DNA of 44,071 bases, taken from positions 1-44,071 of the IMG/VR virus record IMGVR_UViG_3300032233_001236; one strand, written 5' to 3'. How positions within the stretch are numbered: position 1 is the first letter of the stretch; each line of letters starts with the position of its first letter. Source of the DNA: a virus. Its lineage: Duplodnaviria; Caudoviricetes. Below are positions 38,701-44,071 of the stretch, piece by piece. The position numbers and the translations under genes are program-made. The notes beneath the pieces were generated by a model, which was not told the origin of the DNA, ran no database searches, and saw nothing but the letters and a program-made list of their open reading frames with translations.

Positions 38701-39238
38701 TATAACTTATTGGAATGCTTTTTTTGGAAAAGCAATTAAAGAATTACGTACTATAGATCCAAATAGATTAGATTTGGATAGTGCAAGAGCAGTCTCTGCA
38801 GAAACTAATATAAATAAATTTGATTCTAATAATATAGAAGCTGCTGCAAGTTTCTTCACAAATATAGGGTATAGTTTAGAAGCAACTTCCGCTATAGTAG
38901 GAGGACTTCTCCAAGAATCAGGCCTTAAACCAGATATGACTAATTCTATAGGAGCATATGGAATTGCTCAATGGCTAGGGAATAGAAAAGATACATTAAA
39001 AGCAAAACAAAACTTTAATACTTTACAAACTCAACTTAACTATATAGCTGAGGAGCTTAATTCTACTGAAAAAGTAGCAGGAGATAAATTAAAATCGGCT
39101 AAAAATATTTCTGAAGCTGTAGCTGCTGCTGCTTCCTATGAAAGATTTAAAGGATATGATACTAATAGTTTTATTGGAAATGAATGGGGGAATAGATATT
39201 CATATACTTTACAAATATATAACAAATATAAAAAATGA
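35762..39238 (+). CDS. Baseplate hub protein with a C-terminal phage tail lysozyme domain
   Basis: N-terminal RPMPGI, YGS, LE.LYMRPGY.V.IEWGW; hub end DGIGGI..GN.F...H.I....W.T; C-terminal AIVG.L.QESGL.P, AYGIAQW.G.R, QL.YI..EL lysozyme motifs. Confidence 0.78.
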   Translation: MSIFKQTFPDFVQNELKNRQELLSDPIKRGDLVNYQTSRNSWARMTSGVNIINNGVPDNGALAKQYVLLGGTLRKRGLTTNSVEGESQDVFSQKSGIGSAFDKYAYSNKSATGKDYLRGIRPMPGINSISTSTKAAYGSLIEVVVSFQCWDIRQLEDLELLYMRPGYTVLIEWGWVYGKQSPLFYDILNKGNIDFQKVNKELFDLSKDSNGNYEAILGYVKNYNWKARPDGGYDCTTSIISFGEVIESIKVNYAPYNINITSPQEPGIIKKGTYGFQTGVKIEDIPVSSINKADTISIQDQYAKGILNGLFYELRLLIEQMPDAGALAKDSANSYEYPSLDIITPNNINRRYFVFKKEFIFKQTTDEQKPNSIFGNNRHYITLQSLCTLINDYVLIRNSNSNGSLLAEMSTKDRIYAGYNNTLTCLAHPLQVSTDPTKCLIRADYWINGKSISTGQSIDDAVKLNKDIANEVSIIQPNPIIRTFLNTRNTRNLLIAIATISDSTKIGSEVNSLFKVFQKLRYQIEGSISAIQEGITYNITSDGTTRGNSWGNITNQAAINNGNATGPLGLNILALMGVSADQLYEEIKGYFNTTLYKNDKSNSKIKAILDKLDTEYFKDKEDKNKAIIIQNITDGLNFQDFKTIHARSLENDFTGKIIESSFKKAAEALEGLKLLKKYFVGDAGRLGEISNIYVDLEYLMELASSPNIESRDTQNKNTISLINFFKEILKTIQSCTGNINNFDVHIDKDSIGRIIDINFTDDDNLSQNKDKIFQIELHNLKSMIRNYQLESKIFPEQGTIVAISAQAAIPGKLGYNNSTLVAYNRGVEDRLIPQKLSASDYLQAPDLSSVLITNFVPLLKYFDFLNNSDTNTSYSPGEYNNALRDLIGFFNGLAESNPNQFKAIIPIMLSFDMDGIGGIIVGNIFRINDNILPSGYNSPDLGFLVKSFNHKIENSDWITTLEAYPVILDNQDKKFTENNTITYWNAFFGKAIKELRTIDPNRLDLDSARAVSAETNINKFDSNNIEAAASFFTNIGYSLEATSAIVGGLLQESGLKPDMTNSIGAYGIAQWLGNRKDTLKAKQNFNTLQTQLNYIAEELNSTEKVAGDKLKSAKNISEAVAAAASYERFKGYDTNSFIGNEWGNRYSYTLQIYNKYKK

Positions 39239-39660
39239 GTATAGTACCTAAAAATATTATTATAGAAAACCAATATACTTTAGGAGGAGAATTTCTAGAA
39301 AAAAATACTTCAAAACTATATCAAGGATACTATTGTATAGTAAAAACTAAATATTACACCGAAAAAACCTATCTTTCTACCTCAGTAGAACTAGTTAAAA
39401 TCCCAGAAAAAACTCCCACAACATCATCTTTTAATTCAAATTTTCCTGATAATAGATTTGGAGAAAGATTTTTTGCTAAAAAATTAAATTTTACTCCTAT
39501 TCTTATTAGAGAAGTAAATAAAGAATCCTATTCAAAATTATTATTAGATCCTTTTTATCAAACTATAACTATAAAAGGAACAGAAATATTTTCTGGATCT
39601 AAGATATTAGATCAAGCAGATAAACAAATGCCTGGATTAAAATCTTTTTTAGTAGGCTAA
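39235..39660 (+). CDS. Hypothetical baseplate-region protein
   Basis: ATGA overlap with the hub gene; YT.GGEF......Y.GYY motif. Confidence 0.7.
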   Translation: MSIVPKNIIIENQYTLGGEFLEKNTSKLYQGYYCIVKTKYYTEKTYLSTSVELVKIPEKTPTTSSFNSNFPDNRFGERFFAKKLNFTPILIREVNKESYSKLLLDPFYQTITIKGTEIFSGSKILDQADKQMPGLKSFLVG

Positions 39661-39696
39661 ATTCTTTTATTATATTCAATTCAAAGGTTATGAAAT

Positions 39697-41001
39697 ATGT
39701 TTTACATTATAGAGCGATCAGATCAATTACAACAATTAAATTTATTTGAGGATTGCTTCATTAAGTTTATTCCTAAAAACAATAACTTTCATCCTGCATT
39801 AACATCATTGAGTCTAATTTATATTAGACCAATTAATGGAAAGAAAGGATATGTGTTGTGTTTAGATCATAATGAATCATTTAGTTTAGATCAATCCGAA
39901 GTATTTGGTTGGTTAGTAAACAACACTAATAAATTATGGGTGATAGATAAAAAGGAAGCAATGTATTGGTTTCCTCACCCCAATAAATTATTTGATGTTT
40001 ATCTATTGGAATTTATTAATTTAAGTGAAGCATTATCATCTTCACCCTGTATTGATTATTATTATACTAATCACATTAATTTAGCTAATGTAAATTGCCT
40101 AATTCCAATTAGTAAACATTATGAAGAATGCGAAGCAATATTCAAAGCATCACTCCCAATAATACAAAAATACACATTAACCAATACACAATTCCAATTC
40201 CAGAATTTCAGAACAACTGAAGTGTTCTATCAAATCGAGAAAAACGGCATTAAATTAGATAAAGACTGCTTTATAAACTATTATAAAGGTAAATTACAAC
40301 ATCCCGAATTTAATTTATCTAAGAGCAGAATATATTCTCAATATAATTTATATAATACCACTTCACGCCCATCTAACACATATAACAGCATTAATTTCGC
40401 CGCATTAAATAAAGACGATGGTGAACGTAACTGCTACAAACCCGAAAATGATAAATTCATTGAAATTGACTTTCAGGGGTACCACCCACGTTTAATAGGT
40501 GAAATGATTGGGTTTGAATTTCCTAAAGATCGCAACACATATGAATTGCTAGGTGAATTATTAGATGTATCACAACAAGAAGCTAAAGAATTAACATTTA
40601 AACAATTATATGGTGGTGTGTGGAGCGAATATCAAAATAAACCATTCTTTAAAAACGTAGTAGCGTATGTTGATGATTTATGGGATACATTGCAATATGG
40701 TGGAACTATAACTACTGAAAATAAAATATTTATACGTGATGATCTTGATAAAATGACACCGCATAAATTATTAAATTATGTAGTTCAAAGTAAAGAAACA
40801 TCAACTAACGTTCAATTACTTGAAAGAGTATTTAATTATTTAAAAGACAAAAAAACAAAACTAGTATTATACACATATGATGCTTTCTTATTTGATTATA
40901 ATAAAGAAGATAATAATATAATACAAGAACTAATAAATATACTAGAATATCCTGTAAGCATTAAACAAGGAACATCATATCACGGTTTAACTAAAATATA
41001 A
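39697..41001 (+). CDS. Compact family-A DNA polymerase-like protein
   Basis: IEKNGI, YN.Y.TT.RPSN, motif A IEIDFQGYHPRLI, motif B AKELTFKQLYG, NY.VQ, motif C LYTYDAFLFD. Confidence 0.8.
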   Translation: MFYIIERSDQLQQLNLFEDCFIKFIPKNNNFHPALTSLSLIYIRPINGKKGYVLCLDHNESFSLDQSEVFGWLVNNTNKLWVIDKKEAMYWFPHPNKLFDVYLLEFINLSEALSSSPCIDYYYTNHINLANVNCLIPISKHYEECEAIFKASLPIIQKYTLTNTQFQFQNFRTTEVFYQIEKNGIKLDKDCFINYYKGKLQHPEFNLSKSRIYSQYNLYNTTSRPSNTYNSINFAALNKDDGERNCYKPENDKFIEIDFQGYHPRLIGEMIGFEFPKDRNTYELLGELLDVSQQEAKELTFKQLYGGVWSEYQNKPFFKNVVAYVDDLWDTLQYGGTITTENKIFIRDDLDKMTPHKLLNYVVQSKETSTNVQLLERVFNYLKDKKTKLVLYTYDAFLFDYNKEDNNIIQELINILEYPVSIKQGTSYHGLTKI

Positions 41002-41007
41002 ATATTT

Positions 41008-41424
41008 ATGACAGACAATATATTTTTCGATTTGAACAAGCTATTCTGTACATTTACTACCCCAGACGAATTAGATACGGTTCTTGCCGATATCAATCGC
41101 CGATATACAATAATGTATAACAAAATATTCGTTCTTGAGTCACCTCAAAGCAAAGAATTAATGTGTACATACAATATTGATATGGGCAATGCATCCGACA
41201 GCCCCTTACCTAATACAATATTGCTTCATCGCAAGAAAGAATCAAATACATTATATACAATTAATGCTCTTAATGCATTGATTAGAACATTAAATGAGGG
41301 TATATTAGATACTAGATTTATTGTTAATTGGTCTGATTATAAAAATTGTATATTACTTAATAACGGCCCTGAATTGCGCCGTTTAGATACTGCTATTTAT
41401 AAAATCATAGATCTTAATAAATAA
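41008..41424 (+). CDS. Hypothetical protein (alternative TTG start at 41032)
   Basis: 138-aa ORF, LFCTF...KIFVL...CTYNID...HRKKESNTLYTINALN; coupled to the next gene. Confidence 0.75.
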   Translation: MTDNIFFDLNKLFCTFTTPDELDTVLADINRRYTIMYNKIFVLESPQSKELMCTYNIDMGNASDSPLPNTILLHRKKESNTLYTINALNALIRTLNEGILDTRFIVNWSDYKNCILLNNGPELRRLDTAIYKIIDLNK

Positions 41425-41759
41425 TGGCAACATATACTGCAGCACAACTTTATGGTACTGGATCGATTGGTGAAAACTTATCTGGGTTAAAGACATTTAC
41501 ATTTACTAATCCCAGCGATTCATCATATTTTACTTTGGAAACTATTCCAAATGCAACTGGATCATTTGCTAGTGCTCCTACTAATGCTTTAGGAACATGG
41601 GTTGTATCTGCATCAATGGGTTTTGTATCATCTTCATATGTTGCTTCAGTTGTAGTACAACCTGGTTCATCTGCTTTAACTTTTACTCCTGCCTCTGCTG
41701 TTACTGGTACAACATACCGTTTAAGAGGAACAGGAACTTATAGTTTGACTATTGCTTAA
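41424..41759 (+). CDS. Ser/Thr-rich beta protein, probably a virion component
   Basis: 111 aa with few charged residues; carries TGS, TGS, SAS and SSS motifs like the fibre proteins. Confidence 0.65.
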   Translation: MATYTAAQLYGTGSIGENLSGLKTFTFTNPSDSSYFTLETIPNATGSFASAPTNALGTWVVSASMGFVSSSYVASVVVQPGSSALTFTPASAVTGTTYRLRGTGTYSLTIA

Positions 41760-41764
41760 GATCG

Positions 41765-41796
41765 TTTGGCGGTCTAAATAAGGATTAGTATATTTA
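41765..41796 (+). promoter_or_regulatory. Bacteroidota-type promoter upstream of the SSB gene
   Basis: TTTG (41765) N20 TATATTTA (41789); lacks the final T of ATATTTAT. Confidence 0.6.
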
Positions 41797-41815
41797 ATTC
41801 TAAAATAAATAAGTT

Positions 41816-42646
41816 ATGGATTTAAACATCGCAAAACAGAAGCTTGCTGCTTCACAAAACAAAGGTGGTCAACAACGCGAGCGTATTGATTACACTAAAA
41901 TTTTCTTTAAACCTAAAGCTGGTAAGTACCAAGTACGTATTCTACCAAGCAAATTTGACAAATCATGGCCTATCCGTGAAGTACAATTCCATTATGGATT
42001 TGCTAAAGGACCAATCTTGTCATTAACAAACTGGAATGAAGCCGATCCGATTGCTGATTTTGCAAAACAACTTCGCAAATCAGGCGATAAGGAAGATTGG
42101 CAATTGGCAAACAAAATCTCCCCTAAATCACGTTTCTTTGCTGCTGTAATCGTACGTGGTGAAGAGCATTTAGGTGCTCGTTTGTGGGAATTTGGTAAAT
42201 TAACTCATGATCAACTTCTCGGCATTGCTGCTGATGATGATTATGGTGATTTTACAGACATCACAGATGGTAGGGATTTCACAATTGATGCTGTTGAAGA
42301 CACCATTGCTGGTAGGAAAGGTATTAAGTGTAATCTTCGTATTAAACCTAAAACTACTCCAATCTCAGAAGATGGCGCTTTAGTAACTAAATTGCTCGAA
42401 GAACAACCAGACATCTTGGGTATTAATCGTAAGTATTCTTATGATCAACTTAAAGACGTATTGGCTAAATGGCTAAATCCTGAAGAAGAACCAGCTGCAA
42501 CTGAAGCTCCAATCGCATCAAAAGATGAGGACGAAGATGATTTTATTACTGAAATTAACAAACCAGTAGCACCAGCTTATTCACTCGAAACACCTGCTGC
42601 TAAAACTAGCAACGCAGACAAATTTAATGACCTATTTAACGATTAA
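41816..42646 (+). CDS. Single-stranded DNA-binding protein, T4 gp32-like
   Basis: FFKP..G...VRILP, HY, DPI, V.VRGEE, LWEFGK, D.TD...GRDF; acidic tail ending FNDLFND. Confidence 0.82.
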   Translation: MDLNIAKQKLAASQNKGGQQRERIDYTKIFFKPKAGKYQVRILPSKFDKSWPIREVQFHYGFAKGPILSLTNWNEADPIADFAKQLRKSGDKEDWQLANKISPKSRFFAAVIVRGEEHLGARLWEFGKLTHDQLLGIAADDDYGDFTDITDGRDFTIDAVEDTIAGRKGIKCNLRIKPKTTPISEDGALVTKLLEEQPDILGINRKYSYDQLKDVLAKWLNPEEEPAATEAPIASKDEDEDDFITEINKPVAPAYSLETPAAKTSNADKFNDLFND

Positions 42647-43758
42647 TGATGGCAAAAAGTAAAGACAGTTTAACGTCAGTAGTATCTGAATCACTTAAAA
42701 AGTCTTTTGACATTGATGCCTTTAAGAAATCCAAATTTCTAGATCAAGCATCAAAGTTTAAAAAGCAAAGATGGATTCCATTTTCATCTGCTGTAGGCGA
42801 TGCTCTATCCATTCCTGGAATTCCAATGGGACATGTTTCCATTGCCCGTGGAGGATCTGATACTGGAAAAACCACATTGATGATTGAGACAGCAGTAGCT
42901 GCTCAGAAGATGGGTGTACTACCCGTCTTCATCATCACTGAGATGAAATGGGATTTCGATCATGCTCAAAAAATGGGATTTCAACTTGAAGCAGTTCCAG
43001 ATGAGGAATCAGGTGAAGTAGTGAATTATAAAGGATTCTTCCTATATGTTGATAGATCATCTCTTAACACAATTGAAGATGTATCTGCCTTCATCGCAGA
43101 TATCCTCAGTGAACAATCAAAAGGTAAACTACCATATGACCTATTATTCCTTTGGGATTCAGTAGGATCTATTCCATGCGATATGAGTGTTAAACAAAAT
43201 AACAACAATCCAATGTGGAATGCAGGAGCTATGGCTACGCAATTTGGTAATTTTATCAATCAGAAGTTCCCAATATCTCGTAAGGAAACATACCCATATA
43301 CAAATACATTCTTTGTAATTAATAAAACAGGTGTACAACCAGCATTAACTCCTATGAGTCAACCTCGTATGACAAATAAAGGTGGTAATGCAATGTATTG
43401 GGATGCTTCAATTGTGATTACATTTGGTAATGTAACTAACAGCGGTACTTCTAAAATCCATGCACAGCATAAGGGCAAGAAAGTAGAATTCGCTAAACGT
43501 ACTAAAATATCGATTGATAAAATTCATGCTGATTGTGGAGTAGCAACTACATCAACTGTAATTGTAACCCCTCATGGTTTTATTCCTGATGATAAGGATG
43601 AAGAGAAAGCATACAAAGCATCTCATGCATCCGAATGGTTTGGAACTAACGTCAATGTAGATGAAATCCAAATTACAGAAGATAACAGCGAATGGGAAGA
43701 AAGTAGAAGTATATCTCCGATGATAGAAATAGACAACGATGAGGTAGAAGTTAAATAA
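42646..43758 (+). CDS. RecA/UvsX-like recombinase
   Basis: GIPMG......GGSDTGKTT Walker A, FLWDSVGS Walker B, KGG.A...DAS; follows the SSB gene. Confidence 0.85.
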   Translation: MMAKSKDSLTSVVSESLKKSFDIDAFKKSKFLDQASKFKKQRWIPFSSAVGDALSIPGIPMGHVSIARGGSDTGKTTLMIETAVAAQKMGVLPVFIITEMKWDFDHAQKMGFQLEAVPDEESGEVVNYKGFFLYVDRSSLNTIEDVSAFIADILSEQSKGKLPYDLLFLWDSVGSIPCDMSVKQNNNNPMWNAGAMATQFGNFINQKFPISRKETYPYTNTFFVINKTGVQPALTPMSQPRMTNKGGNAMYWDASIVITFGNVTNSGTSKIHAQHKGKKVEFAKRTKISIDKIHADCGVATTSTVIVTPHGFIPDDKDEEKAYKASHASEWFGTNVNVDEIQITEDNSEWEESRSISPMIEIDNDEVEVK

Positions 43759-43763
43759 ACAAA

Positions 43764-44071
43764 ATGAAGAGTAAATATGAACAATTACTCTCCAATGTAC
43801 AACCAGACTTTCGCAAAGAACTAAGTTCGATTTTAATCATAGACGGCCTCAATACATTTTTGAGGTCGTTTACTATGATTAATCATTTAAATCCTGATGG
43901 TCACCATATTGGTGGCCTAACAGGATTTCTTAAATCTATCGGTTATGCTATACGCATGTCTGATCCAACTAAAGTGGTTGTAATATTTGATGGTATTGGA
44001 GGGTCAAACGCAAGACGAAATTTATATCCTGAATATAAGGCAAACCGTAATTCTAGCCGTATAACTAATCA
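43764..44071 (+). CDS. 5'-3' exonuclease / flap endonuclease (PolI N-terminal, T4 RNase H-like), 3'-partial
   Basis: Hand translation MKSKYEQLL...ILIIDGLNTFLRSF...IGGLTGFLKSI...PTKVVVIFDG.GGS..RRNLYPEYKANR; runs off the window end. Confidence 0.9.
   Translation, partial: MKSKYEQLLSNVQPDFRKELSSILIIDGLNTFLRSFTMINHLNPDGHHIGGLTGFLKSIGYAIRMSDPTKVVVIFDGIGGSNARRNLYPEYKANRNSSRITN

Noticed and set aside
1055-43758. Introns or inteins associated with the endonucleases
   Set aside because: Both endonucleases lie between complete genes; capsid, sheath, polymerase and RecA are uninterrupted and show no intein motifs.
1-44071. Stop-codon reassignment
   Set aside because: Genes are intact and densely packed under the standard code; TAG ends capsid and sheath, and TGA ends the tube gene at expected positions.

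Overview
This window is the morphogenesis module and the start of the replication module of a large, AT-rich, contractile-tailed (T4-like fold) bacteriophage. All credible genes are on the + strand. Order: acidic scaffold (5'-partial), gp23-type major capsid, HNH endonuclease, PhoH, neck and tail-completion proteins, a ~17 kb modular fibre/adhesin region (8.2-25.5 kb), small accessory genes with a GIY-YIG endonuclease, tail sheath, tail tube, a gp26-like chaperone with an unannotated out-of-frame extension, tape measure, baseplate genes with a tail lysozyme, a compact PolA-type polymerase, gp32-like SSB, RecA/UvsX-like recombinase and a 3'-partial 5'-3' exonuclease. TTTG-N20-TATATTTA promoters and A-rich leaders without Shine-Dalgarno sequences point to a Bacteroidota host (inference). 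Most notable observations: (1) a [S/T]-[G/A/S]-S tripeptide concentrated in predicted surface parts of unrelated virion proteins and almost absent from internal and non-virion proteins, a candidate virion-modification (glycosylation) sequon; (2) a probable programmed +1 (or -2) frameshift at a T7 run between tail tube and tape measure; (3) a mix-and-match anchor/head/adaptor fibre cassette system; (4) a giant fibre whose modules are joined by a DNA-conserved 18-mer; (5) a 16-copy intergenic motif ATATTTAT resembling the reverse complement of the T4 late promoter. Family assignments come from motif recognition only; no database searches were run.
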